Below are positions 27,440 to 36,512 of a stretch of 54,320 nt of DNA, piece by piece (positions within the stretch are counted from its first letter, which is position 1; the number at the start of each line of letters is the position of its first letter). The position numbers and the translations under genes were made by a program. Source of the DNA: a virus (lineage: Duplodnaviria; Caudoviricetes); IMG/VR virus record IMGVR_UViG_3300008255_000157, positions 1-54,320 of that record; one strand, 5' to 3'. The notes under the pieces were generated by a model. It was given only the letters and a program-made list of their open reading frames with translations, did not search any database and was not told the origin of the DNA.

Positions 27440-28276
27440 ATGAGCTTCGACGCATTCGAACTTGCGCAAGAGACTGGTCGACCAGCAGAGCTGTACGACT
27501 TCCGCATCGGAGGTGACAGTTTCAAGCTCACGAGTTGGGCCGTGAACGTGACGATCCCGGCGCTCGGCACGTTCGAGGCCGAGACGGTTCTGCGTAGTGC
27601 GATCACGAAGGAGGCGACTGGCGAGGAGCCGGATCTCAACATCACGATCCCTGCTGATAGCCCGTTCGTGCTTGCGTATCAGAAGGAGTCCGTGCCGGGC
27701 AAGCGATCGACGATGATCCTGTTCCGAACGCACATCGACGACCCCGCTCAAGAGACCATCGTCTTCTACAAGGGTGCGGTCGCAACAGTGACGTTCTCCA
27801 AGGACGGTCGCGAGGCCTCGGTCCTTGTCGTCAGCGCGATGAAGGCTCAGTCGCAGGAGATGCCGCGCAGTACTTATCAGGGTTTGTGCAACAGGTCGCT
27901 GTACGACAATCAATGCCAGATCTCGGACGTCGACCCGGACTTCCAGAAGTTTCTGAACGTCTCAGCCGTCAGCGTCGATGGGCTCGTGCTGACCGTGGAC
28001 TCAGCAGGTTCATTCGGCGCTGACTTTTTTGAGGCGGGCTTCATCGAATTCGCGGGAGAGCCGCGCATGGTCGTGGCTCAGGGCGGCGCCGGAAATAACG
28101 ATCTGACGATTCGTGTTCCGTTCGAGTCATCTCCACTCAGCCAGACCGTACGCGTTCTCGCCGGTTGCAAGCATCGTGTCTTGACTGATTGCTTCACCAA
28201 GTTCAACAACACCGACAACTTCGGCGGCTTCCCCTTCGTGCCTCTCAAAGACATCTTCAGGAACGGTCTCGACTGA
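27440..28276 (+). CDS. Tail-tip protein, BR0599 / lambda gpL-like (Cys-rich)
   Basis: C...LYD..C and GC.......C..KFNN..NFGGFP..P. Confidence 0.85.
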   Translation: MSFDAFELAQETGRPAELYDFRIGGDSFKLTSWAVNVTIPALGTFEAETVLRSAITKEATGEEPDLNITIPADSPFVLAYQKESVPGKRSTMILFRTHIDDPAQETIVFYKGAVATVTFSKDGREASVLVVSAMKAQSQEMPRSTYQGLCNRSLYDNQCQISDVDPDFQKFLNVSAVSVDGLVLTVDSAGSFGADFFEAGFIEFAGEPRMVVAQGGAGNNDLTIRVPFESSPLSQTVRVLAGCKHRVLTDCFTKFNNTDNFGGFPFVPLKDIFRNGLD

Positions 28277-31200
28277 TGGATTTTCTGATCGCGCTTGGAG
28301 TAGCTCTGATCGTTTCGGCAGCATCGCTCGTGCTGAGTGAACTGCTACGCCCGAAGCCGAAGCTCGAGGACGCGAAGCCGGGCAACCTCGGTGACATCAA
28401 CTTCCCCACCGCGACGGAAGGACGGGTGATTCCTGTCCTGTTCGGAACCGTCAAAGTGGATGGACCGAACGTTGTCTGGTACGGCGACTTTCGCCAGGAA
28501 GCGATCACCAAGAACATCAAGACAGGCCTATGGTCTTCGGAGCGGATCACGACCGGGTTCAAGTACTACGTCGGGATTCAACTCGCGACATGCCTTGGCG
28601 AGATCAACGCGGTTCGGCGTATCTGGATCGGCGACAAGGAGGTGTGGTCGGGCACGGTCAGTGACGGCACGATTGACATCAACGAGCCGAACCTTTTCGG
28701 CGGTGATAGCCTTGGTTCTGGTGGCATGGTTGGTACGTTTCGAGTCAAGCCCGGGTCGCAGACCCAGCTCGCGACTGCCTATCTGACCACGCACCAGACG
28801 CCGGCGATCCCGTACCGCGGCACCTGTTACATCACCTGGGAAGGTGGGCTGATCGGCAACACGACTGGTCTCAAGCCGTTCAAGTTCGAGATCGAGCGAT
28901 TCCCGAACCAGCTCGGGATTAGCGGCGGCATGGAGATCGTGAATGGGGCCGACGCGAATCCGGCCTGTCTCATTTACGAGTACCTGACCAATGAGGACTG
29001 GGGTCTTGGTTTGCCAGTCACCGAGGTCAATGTCGGAAACCTCTTGTTCCAGGGCGAGGTGCTCTACAACGAGGGTAACGGGATTTCGTTGATCGTTGAT
29101 CGATCGCGGGAGGGGACTGACTTCCTCGCCGAGGTCGAACGCCAGATCGACGGCAAGCTGATCTTCGACATGAAGCTCGGTCTGTGGACGCTGCTGCTGG
29201 TGCGGGGCGGCTACGACATTGATCTCGTTCCGCAGCTCACGTCCGCGAACATCAAGGAAGTGAAGAAGTTCGACGGTGGTACTTGGGAGAAGACGATCGG
29301 CGATTTCCGCGTTCAGTTCTCGGACCGTGCCCGTGACTACTTCAACACGAGCGCCCGGCTCGACGACCTTGCGAACATCCGGATTCAGGGCCGGCGCGTC
29401 ATGGCGTCGAAGCGATATCCGGGCGTGAAGGACAAGGTGCTGGCGAACAAGCTCGCGGCGCGTGGGCTCATGCAAGGTAGTGTGCCGCTCAAGACGGCAA
29501 CGATTCTTACCGACCGTAGCACGTGGGCGATCCGTCCGACAGACGTCGTGGCATGGACGGACGCGAACATGGGCTACACCAAGCTGCCGATGCGCGTGCT
29601 GTCGGTGTTCCTTGGCGAGATTGACCAAGGCACGATCGAGTTGCAGCTGCAGCAGGACGTGTACGGATTTACCGCTGAGATCGGCGCGGCGCCGGACGGC
29701 ACGCTGTGGACCGAGCCGACGCAGGCAGTGGCCGCGATCCCGGCCGACGAGCAGGTAGTGATCGAGGCGCCCTACGCGATTCTTCGTCGCGACCAGGACG
29801 TGAGCGATGTCATCTTCGACCGACTCTGGTGTGGTGCTCGGCGTCAGACCGGTGCTGAGGCACTGTTCAAGATCTATCAGCGTAATGCGGTCGGAACACC
29901 GGCCGGGGCGTACACGGAGTCGGGCCAGGTCTATGCGTTCCTGAAGATCGGAGATCTAAGGACTGCGCTGCTACCTTCGGATGGATCGCCTGGCGCGGCG
30001 ATTGTCGAAATCGATCCAGATCCGGACGCGCTGTCGGAACTCGAGGACAGGTTCACGGCGAACCCGGCCGTTGCTGATCTGGGTCAGAACCTGATCAATC
30101 TCTGCTACATGGGTGGTGAGTGGTTCGCGCCACGCGCGGTCGTGAATGTGTCGACCTATCTCCAGCTAACGCAGGGCTATCGTGGTCTGCTCGACTCCGT
30201 GCCAAAGGCTCATGCCATCAACACGCCGGTGTTCTTGGCCTTCGTCGGTGGTGGTCTAAGTGACGACACGATTCCTCAACCGAACAACGTCGACGTCCAG
30301 CTTAGACCGGTTTCGCGTTCGAACGAGTTGAGCGAGGGCGGTTCGACGACGATTGCGATTGCCATGAACAACCGGGCTCGTCGTGCCATTGCGCCGGCCG
30401 AGCCCACGATCAATGCGACGCGTTACGACACGACGCCGGATCCGGACGACTTGAAGAGTGGCGGTTCCACGCTGGACGAGCGTGGTCTTGACATCGACTT
30501 CAATCGCCGCGACTACCGTACACTCGACGAGGTTCAGGCGCTCGTCAATGACGGTGCGGATCTGAGCGGCGACTTCCCTGCCGTGAACTCGCACGAGAAC
30601 CGTCTTGTCCTGGTCGAGAAGGACACGACGCTACTGACCGGTCTGCAAGCGTTTTGGAAGCTCGGCGAGTCGAGCGGGAGTCGTGCCGATTCAGGTCCGA
30701 ACGGGTATACGCTGACCGACTTCAACACGGTCACACAGGTTGCTGGAAAGATCGGCAACGCTGCTCAGTTCACCAGGACGAACTCTGAAAGTCTCGACTC
30801 GGCCGACAACACGGTTCTCAACTACAACGGATCGCAGAGCTTCTCGTTCTCGGGTTGGTTCTATCTCGACTCGATCACGGGTGATTCCAGTGCGATCTTA
30901 TCGAAGCTGAATGCGTTGGTCGCGCTGGACCACCGTCAGTACGCGTTCTTGTTCAATCTTGGCACGAACCGAATGCGGTTTGCTGTGTCGTCTGATGGAA
31001 CTGCGGCAAACACGACGAACCTGGACGCGAACGTGCTGGGCGTTCCATCGACCTCGACCTGGTACCACTTCTACGTCGACTACGACGGTACGACGGGTGA
31101 GATGCGGCTCAGGATCAATCACGGCAAGTACGACCGAACGATCCACGCTGGCGGGGTCTTCGACGCGACGAGCGCGACGTTCCTGCTCGGCACATTGCTT

Positions 31201-31854
31201 GGCGGCGGTGGGACGAAGGCGCTGTTCCACAACGGTCGGATCGATGCGCTTGGAAGCTGGGACCGGAAGCTCACCGAGAACGAGCAGTTCATGCTCTACA
31301 ACGGCGCGTCTGGTCAGGAGCACCCGTTCGCGAACCGAATCACCTACCTCAGCACGGGGTGGGGCACGTTCAAGAATCAGTTCGTGTCGAGAACCGAGCT
31401 GGCAGAACTGGCGGGCGGGAGCCTGCCCGAGTCGACGCTGCAGCTCACGATCGAGTCGCGGCACACGTTCGGATCGACGGTGCACGAAGCGATCGACCTG
31501 ATCGACTACGATCTGGCACTGGACGTGAGCGACCTCGACGCGCTGACGCCGATGGGGGTGTTGCCGAGCTCTACGACGAGCCTCAGCCATGTCGCGCTGA
31601 CGACGGCGACCTACAATTTCGAGATCGGGACAGCCCTCGGCGCGAATGTCCAGGCCCGGATCAATGGTGGTGCGTGGACCAACGTGATCGTCTCGCCCGC
31701 CTTGACCGGTACGCTGGCAGGAGTTACGGCAGGCGACACGCTGGAGGTTCAGCACCTCGACGCGAGCGCCCCGCCCGACCGGACGCTCCTCCTGCTGAAG
31801 GACGGGGCCGGAACGCCGGTTCCCGAGGCTTTCGCTGTCCTGGTGCCGTCATGA
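28276..31854 (+). CDS. Central tail-tip / host-specificity protein (gpJ-like) with an inserted LamG (concanavalin A-like) domain
   Basis: FPTA.EGR.IPV.FGT....GPNVVWYGD, DANPA...Y..LT...WG.G; LamG-like segment at ~30630-31320. Confidence 0.82.
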   Translation: MDFLIALGVALIVSAASLVLSELLRPKPKLEDAKPGNLGDINFPTATEGRVIPVLFGTVKVDGPNVVWYGDFRQEAITKNIKTGLWSSERITTGFKYYVGIQLATCLGEINAVRRIWIGDKEVWSGTVSDGTIDINEPNLFGGDSLGSGGMVGTFRVKPGSQTQLATAYLTTHQTPAIPYRGTCYITWEGGLIGNTTGLKPFKFEIERFPNQLGISGGMEIVNGADANPACLIYEYLTNEDWGLGLPVTEVNVGNLLFQGEVLYNEGNGISLIVDRSREGTDFLAEVERQIDGKLIFDMKLGLWTLLLVRGGYDIDLVPQLTSANIKEVKKFDGGTWEKTIGDFRVQFSDRARDYFNTSARLDDLANIRIQGRRVMASKRYPGVKDKVLANKLAARGLMQGSVPLKTATILTDRSTWAIRPTDVVAWTDANMGYTKLPMRVLSVFLGEIDQGTIELQLQQDVYGFTAEIGAAPDGTLWTEPTQAVAAIPADEQVVIEAPYAILRRDQDVSDVIFDRLWCGARRQTGAEALFKIYQRNAVGTPAGAYTESGQVYAFLKIGDLRTALLPSDGSPGAAIVEIDPDPDALSELEDRFTANPAVADLGQNLINLCYMGGEWFAPRAVVNVSTYLQLTQGYRGLLDSVPKAHAINTPVFLAFVGGGLSDDTIPQPNNVDVQLRPVSRSNELSEGGSTTIAIAMNNRARRAIAPAEPTINATRYDTTPDPDDLKSGGSTLDERGLDIDFNRRDYRTLDEVQALVNDGADLSGDFPAVNSHENRLVLVEKDTTLLTGLQAFWKLGESSGSRADSGPNGYTLTDFNTVTQVAGKIGNAAQFTRTNSESLDSADNTVLNYNGSQSFSFSGWFYLDSITGDSSAILSKLNALVALDHRQYAFLFNLGTNRMRFAVSSDGTAANTTNLDANVLGVPSTSTWYHFYVDYDGTTGEMRLRINHGKYDRTIHAGGVFDATSATFLLGTLLGGGGTKALFHNGRIDALGSWDRKLTENEQFMLYNGASGQEHPFANRITYLSTGWGTFKNQFVSRTELAELAGGSLPESTLQLTIESRHTFGSTVHEAIDLIDYDLALDVSDLDALTPMGVLPSSTTSLSHVALTTATYNFEIGTALGANVQARINGGAWTNVIVSPALTGTLAGVTAGDTLEVQHLDASAPPDRTLLLLKDGAGTPVPEAFAVLVPS

Positions 31855-32010
31855 TAGGATCGCGCCAGACCACGCCGCTGCGCCACGTCGCGCCGTGCCC
31901 GGTTCGTCGCGGCCTGACGGGCCACGAAGCGAGGGAGGCCCGCAGAATCGATCCTGGGCCCCTTCCCGGGGCGGGGATTATTCCGCAAATTATTCCACGG
32001 AGCGATCGTC

Positions 32011-32139
32011 ATGGCTGATCCGGCGACCTACCACGCCGTTGCGTTGCCGGCCGAGTTCGAGGCGGTCGTGCTGCCGATCGAGTACGAGGCGATGACACTG
32101 CCGCTCGAGTTCGAAACGATCACGCTGGAGGTTGAGTAA
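32011..32139 (+). CDS. 42-aa peptide built from 9-residue repeats (absent from the ORF track)
   Basis: MADPATYHAVALPAEFEAVVLPIEYEAMTLPLEFETITLEVE; GGAG RBS; TAATG coupling to the next gene. Confidence 0.7.
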   Translation: MADPATYHAVALPAEFEAVVLPIEYEAMTLPLEFETITLEVE

Positions 32140-32486
32140 TGGCTGCACCGACAAAGATCGACCTTCAGTACACGCGCGAGGACAACCAGCCGATCGGATT
32201 CGTGCTCAACGATGCGGATGGAGCTGCGGTCAACATCACGACCGGGTTCGCGTTCACCATGACCGTCAATACGAGCGACGACGCGGACGCTGGCGGCACA
32301 GAGCTATTCCAGCTCGCAGGATCGATCGTGAGCGGGCCGCTTGGCCAGTTCAAGTTCACGCCGACCAGTGTCAACACCGATCTCGACGCGGACGTGTACT
32401 TCTACGACGTCCAGCAGGACACGCCGACGCGACGAACGATCGCGAAGGGGCAGTTCGAGATCTTGCCCCAGGTGACCCTGACGTAG
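32139..32486 (+). CDS. BppU-N-like baseplate/fibre adaptor, copy 1
   Basis: D..G.AVNITTG, G...FTPT...TDL....YFYDVQ....TI.KG.F. Confidence 0.7.
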   Translation: MAAPTKIDLQYTREDNQPIGFVLNDADGAAVNITTGFAFTMTVNTSDDADAGGTELFQLAGSIVSGPLGQFKFTPTSVNTDLDADVYFYDVQQDTPTRRTIAKGQFEILPQVTLT

Positions 32487-32487
32487 C

Positions 32488-33306
32488 ATGGCGTTCGATC
32501 TCGACCTACTCACCGGCCTGTTCGCATACTACAAGTGCGACGGCATTACGGGATCGGTCCTGGCCGACGCGCACAGCGCAGGACCGTTCGACTTGGCGCA
32601 GCAGAACTCGCCCGGCGCAACGGCAAGCGGAAAGATCGCTGGGGCGCGCACGTACCTGATCGGATCGCAGCAGCTCCATCGCAAGTCGCCGTTCAACACG
32701 AACTTCATCACGAATCACACGCCGGTAGGCGCGCAACGAAGCTGGGCCATCAATTTCTGGGTCTACCCGACCGTACTGAGCGGCGACCACCCGATCATGT
32801 CGACGTCGAGCGCGTCGGGTCTGTTCGGCCACCTGATTCGAGTCGAGGCGACGAGCGGTGGTCGTGTCGCCTCGTACGCGTCTACGAACGGCACCTCGTT
32901 CGTCAATGCTCACGCGTCTGGCGCGAGCACGGTCGCGATCAATACCTGGAACATGATCACGGCTGGTTGGGACAAGGCGGCCGGCAAGATCTGGCTGTAC
33001 CTCAACGGCGTGTTCATTTCCGAGGTCAATCACGCCGCGTACCACACCGTGGCCGGTGACGCGCTCCAGCTCGGCGGGTGGCTCGCCGCGAGCTCTTACT
33101 TCTCGGGCCGGCTCGACGAGATCGCGTGGTGGCGCGACCGAGTAAAGTTGCCGCAGCTCACCGTTGACAAGCTGTGGAACGGCGGCCAAGGCATCGCGTT
33201 CATAGATTTCATCACGACAACGGCCGCGGCGAACCGGATCGTTGTTCCGCAGGCTCCGACTCAGATCGTTGCCCCCGCACTTCCCACCCGGATCGTCGTG
33301 GATTGA
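32488..33306 (+). CDS. LamG / concanavalin A-like lectin, putative receptor-binding protein
   Basis: FWVYP, NTW..I, LYLNG, F.G.LDEIA.W motifs; C-terminal 9-residue repeats. Confidence 0.8.
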   Translation: MAFDLDLLTGLFAYYKCDGITGSVLADAHSAGPFDLAQQNSPGATASGKIAGARTYLIGSQQLHRKSPFNTNFITNHTPVGAQRSWAINFWVYPTVLSGDHPIMSTSSASGLFGHLIRVEATSGGRVASYASTNGTSFVNAHASGASTVAINTWNMITAGWDKAAGKIWLYLNGVFISEVNHAAYHTVAGDALQLGGWLAASSYFSGRLDEIAWWRDRVKLPQLTVDKLWNGGQGIAFIDFITTTAAANRIVVPQAPTQIVAPALPTRIVVD

Positions 33307-33315
33307 GGACCGACC

Positions 33316-33666
33316 ATGCCAGCACCGGCCATCGCGAACCTCGAGTACACGCGCGAGGACAATCATCCGATCTCGTTCCAGCTCATCGACGAGGATGGCG
33401 TCGCGGTCGACATCTCGACCGGGTTCACGTTCACCATGAGCGTGGCAGATGCGGACGACGCGGACGACCCCGGCACGGCCGTCCTGTTCGCGCTGGCCGG
33501 CGCGGTCACGGATGGCCCGAACGGCGTGGTTCAGTTCACGCCGTCCTCGGTCCAGAGCGACCTCGTCGCGGACGTGTACTTCTACGATGTCCAGCAGGAC
33601 ACGCCGACGCGACGAACGATCGCGAAGGGGCAGATCGAGATTCTGACCCAGGTAACGCTGGCGTAG
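33316..33666 (+). CDS. BppU-N-like baseplate/fibre adaptor, copy 2
   Basis: Paralog of 32139..32486; shares YTREDN and ADVYFYDVQQDTPTRRTIAKGQ. Confidence 0.72.
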   Translation: MPAPAIANLEYTREDNHPISFQLIDEDGVAVDISTGFTFTMSVADADDADDPGTAVLFALAGAVTDGPNGVVQFTPSSVQSDLVADVYFYDVQQDTPTRRTIAKGQIEILTQVTLA

Positions 33667-33760
33667 AAAATTGGGCGTTTTTTAGCTGGATTCTCGGCTC
33701 AAGATCCTTTTCTGTGTAGTGGCGATAACGAAACGTCTGAGCCACATGGAGGATCCGCCG

Positions 33761-34135
33761 ATGTTCGTGGAAGAACTCGGCTACCGCACAGCCAAGTGTA
33801 AGCTGTGCGGCAAGCCCATCGTCTGGGCGGTGAACACGGCGGGCGGTAGGATACCGCTCGATCCGGTCGCGCCGGTCTTCGTGCTGACCCAAACAGCGAG
33901 CCCGCACTGCTCGCAGGCCAAGCCTGTCGACATGGACAAGTTGGCACCCGAGGGCGATACAAAGTTCGGGTGCGCGGTCCATCTCGTCTCGCACTTCTCG
34001 ACCTGCGTGGCGAAGACGAGGGCGTGGAAGCTCTTGGAAGAGATCCGGAGAGAAGGGCGCGAGACCGAGGAGCTGTCGGCGGAGCTTGCGCATCGAATCG
34101 ACGACTATCTGAACGGTTCCGGAGCGAAGACGTGA
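33761..34135 (+). CDS. Hypothetical Zn-binding phage protein
   Basis: CKLCGKPI.W......IPLD...SHF.TC; GGAGG RBS. Confidence 0.7.
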   Translation: MFVEELGYRTAKCKLCGKPIVWAVNTAGGRIPLDPVAPVFVLTQTASPHCSQAKPVDMDKLAPEGDTKFGCAVHLVSHFSTCVAKTRAWKLLEEIRREGRETEELSAELAHRIDDYLNGSGAKT

Positions 34136-34344
34136 CGTCTATCATCAGCGCGATCATCGCTGTGTCGGTCACGGTTTTCGGCGTCGTGATTGCTGAGCTG
34201 CTTCGACCCAGGCCGAGGGTCGATATCGATCCCGAAGAGCCGCTTCGCTCCAGCACCGTCGACGCCAGTCATAGGCACGGGTTCGGTCTGCTCGCAACGA
34301 CGCGACGGCGCGGCGTTCCCATGAAGGACGAAGGCTGGAAATGA
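34132..34344 (+). CDS. Small membrane protein resembling the N-terminus of the gpJ-like protein
   Basis: TM segment followed by ELLRPRPR; overlaps both neighbours by 4 nt. Confidence 0.6.
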   Translation: MTSIISAIIAVSVTVFGVVIAELLRPRPRVDIDPEEPLRSSTVDASHRHGFGLLATTRRRGVPMKDEGWK

Positions 34345-34550
34345 GACCGGGACAGGTCAGGGGGCTGATCCGAACTGAGACCGCCGATACGCTGGCACGA
34401 GCGGTCGGTGCTTGGTTCGAGTATCGCCGGTTTCAGTGCGGTGCGGACTACGACGCGATCGTTGCCGAGGTCAAGGTGATGCGGCCGAAACTGGACGACG
34501 CCGCTATCGATGACCTGTTGCGAAGAGCGGAAGAACTCGAGAAGGGGTAG
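34341..34550 (+). CDS. Hypothetical protein
   Basis: ATGA coupling, 69 aa. Confidence 0.6.
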   Translation: MRPGQVRGLIRTETADTLARAVGAWFEYRRFQCGADYDAIVAEVKVMRPKLDDAAIDDLLRRAEELEKG

Positions 34551-34640
34551 GTGATGGTCGTGGCATGCCTGATCTCGTTCTTTGCTGGTTTTGTTTGCGG
34601 CGCTGTCTTGTGCGCATTTCTGACCGGAGCATCGCGATGA
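34551..34640 (+). CDS. 29-aa hydrophobic peptide
   Basis: MMVVACLISFFAGFVCGAVLCAFLTGASR; fills the gap and is ATGA-coupled to the ASCH gene. Confidence 0.5.
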   Translation: MMVVACLISFFAGFVCGAVLCAFLTGASR

Positions 34641-35071
34641 AAGCGTTGACGATCCTTCAGCCGTTCGCGTACCTCGTCGTGGCTGGCCGCAAAGATATCG
34701 AGAACCGAACATGGCCCACGCACTACCGTGGGCCGATGCTCATTCATGCCGGCAAGAGCGACCGCTACGTGCGCGACTCCACGCTCATGGACTACTTGGC
34801 CGAGCTGGTCGGGATGAAGACGATCGACCTTGAGGATCGACTCGTGTACGGCGCGATTGTCGGGCGCGTAGCATTGACGTCGTGCGCGACAATCGCGGAG
34901 GTCGGAATCAAGACCTGGGCTGAAGGGCCTTGGTGCTGGCTCTTGAGTGAGCCGCACGAAATGGAGAGACCGGTACCCTGGCGTGGCCGTCAGGGGCTTT
35001 TCGACATTCCCGTCGAAGCGTTCAGTACGCTGCGGGATTTCGCACAACAGGAGGGACTCATCGATGGCTGA
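34637..35071 (+). CDS. ASCH domain protein
   Basis: MKALTI.QP.A.L...G.K.IENR.W...YRG...IHAG; RG.QGL. Confidence 0.92.
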   Translation: MKALTILQPFAYLVVAGRKDIENRTWPTHYRGPMLIHAGKSDRYVRDSTLMDYLAELVGMKTIDLEDRLVYGAIVGRVALTSCATIAEVGIKTWAEGPWCWLLSEPHEMERPVPWRGRQGLFDIPVEAFSTLRDFAQQEGLIDG

Positions 35072-35324
35072 GAAGGCTGAGAAGGCTGAGAAGGCTGAGA
35101 AGGCTGAGAAGGGGAACGCGCTCACCAAGAAGAAGCGGACGCGGTCGAGCCCGGAAGGAATTCGGGTCAAGTTCCCGCCCGGCGTGATCGACGCGGTCGA
35201 GGAGCGGTGCAAGACGAGCTTCCGTGAGCCGAGCCAGGAAGTGGCCTGGATCGTGTGCCAGTGGCTCAATGATCAAGAACCACCGAAGGCAGCTCCCGTC
35301 ACGGGTCCTGTCCACGGCACGTAA
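35064..35324 (+). CDS. Ribbon-helix-helix (Arc-like) DNA-binding protein with (AEK)5 N-terminus
   Basis: IRVKFP strand followed by two helices (R..SQEV..I); GGAGG RBS. Confidence 0.6.
   Translation: MAEKAEKAEKAEKAEKGNALTKKKRTRSSPEGIRVKFPPGVIDAVEERCKTSFREPSQEVAWIVCQWLNDQEPPKAAPVTGPVHGT
35066..35112 (+). repeat. 9-bp tandem repeat (GGCTGAGAA)x5
   Basis: Read directly from the sequence. Confidence 0.95.
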
Positions 35325-35339
35325 GAGACGAGACGAGCC

Positions 35340-35789
35340 ATGAATCAACGACGTACGGCACCGCTCGAGGTTGCGGAACGGATGGTCCAAGCGATCGGGA
35401 CTCGCATCGAGAGCGACGTGCCGTACGGATGGGGATACACGCTCTGTCTTTCCGAGTACGGCGACGGCGGTCGACTTGTCTACGCATCGAATTGCAGCAA
35501 GGAGAGCGTCGTCGCCGTGTCTCACGAGCTGGCGAAGCGGATCGAGTCCGGCGACGACTCGTCGTTCACGATTCACCCCAGCGACAGCAAGTTGTCGGTC
35601 ACGCTCGACGAGGCGCTCGAGCTGCTCGCGTCGATCGGACGTGCATTGTCGAGCAATGACGTCAACGTTCTGATCAACGCGGACGATGACGGGCGTGATC
35701 GCATGCGGGCCTTGCTCGACAATGCGATGTCCCGTGCAGAGGCATTGGTTCTCGAGCACCGGCCCGATCTACTTTCCAGCGAGGATTGA
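35340..35789 (+). CDS. Hypothetical protein
   Basis: 149-aa ORF; P.GWG..LCL...G..G...Y.S motif shared with 44502..44972. Confidence 0.7.
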   Translation: MNQRRTAPLEVAERMVQAIGTRIESDVPYGWGYTLCLSEYGDGGRLVYASNCSKESVVAVSHELAKRIESGDDSSFTIHPSDSKLSVTLDEALELLASIGRALSSNDVNVLINADDDGRDRMRALLDNAMSRAEALVLEHRPDLLSSED

Positions 35790-35791
35790 TC

Positions 35792-36045
35792 ATGGCGAAG
35801 GCGAAATCGACGGCAAGGCTTCACGCCAGGCCCTGCAGGTCTTGGTCGGGTATGGAGGCGTGCCGGACCCGGACGAGTTCATGAGCGCGGACCAAGCGAT
35901 GCGCGCGCGGTGGAGAAAGGCGCTGCGCGTGATCATCAACAGCGCGAGTATCCTCACAGAGCTGGTCGATGAGGGTGAGGAGCAGAGCGAGATCGAGTAC
36001 CAGTACGACGAGGAAGATACCAAGAAGGAGAAGGCGGTTAGGTGA
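35792..36045 (+). pseudogene. Hypothetical gene apparently frameshifted near 35820
   Basis: GAGGA RBS and ATG 35792 (MAKAKSTARL) are out of frame with the protein-like downstream frame (RQALQVLVGYGG...). Confidence 0.5.
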
Positions 36046-36299
36046 TGGGTGAGAAGAAAAGCGCACTCGACAGTTTGCCGCCCAAGCAGCGCGCGTTGGT
36101 CAACGAGATCGCGCGCGAGGTGTCGTGGAACGTTGCGCAGAAAATGGTGCTCGAGATCTTGGACGACTATCTGCCGGACGAGGCCGTTGGTCGTGCTAAG
36201 GAGATCTTCGACTCCGAGAAGAAGAACTACCTGGCCGCGAAACGCCTCGACGACGCGGTGGAAGAGGTTGCGCGCAAGGACAAGGAGGCATCGGAGTAG
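36045..36299 (+). CDS. Hypothetical helical protein
   Basis: Coupled start, 84 aa. Confidence 0.7.
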   Translation: MGEKKSALDSLPPKQRALVNEIAREVSWNVAQKMVLEILDDYLPDEAVGRAKEIFDSEKKNYLAAKRLDDAVEEVARKDKEASE

Positions 36300-36364
36300 G
36301 CCCGGCGCGGTGTACACGTCGGGAGGTGGAATGCGGCGGGGTGGTTCAGCCCCGTACTCCTCGG

Positions 36365-36394
36365 GCCCTTGGCCGAAAAGCCAGGGGCTTTTTT
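36365..36394 (+). terminator. Intrinsic terminator
   Basis: GCCCTTGGC pairs with GCCAGGGGC, followed by T6. Confidence 0.75.
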
Positions 36395-36445
36395 CGTGCC
36401 GTACCAACCATGTACACCGGATTTCTCGGCATTTCCGCCCACGGC

Positions 36446-36474
36446 GTGGCTTATTCGCCACGCAATCGTAGTGT
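36446..36474 (+). promoter_or_regulatory. Early promoter/operator, copy 1
   Basis: GTGGC-TTATTC-GCCAC-N7-TAGTGT. Confidence 0.7.
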
Positions 36475-36512
36475 TGTCATGCACGGGGAACGAACCACAC
36501 GGAGACACGACC

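Noticed and set aside
32139-33666. Diversity-generating retroelement (template/variable repeat pair) near the receptor genes
   Set aside because: No reverse transcriptase is present, both repeats are coding, and the mismatches are not adenine-specific
36299-36367. tRNA-like element (GGCCCGG...TCGGGCC with a GGTTCA-containing hairpin)
   Set aside because: No D-arm or anticodon-arm geometry and no CCA; its 3' end overlaps the terminator stem
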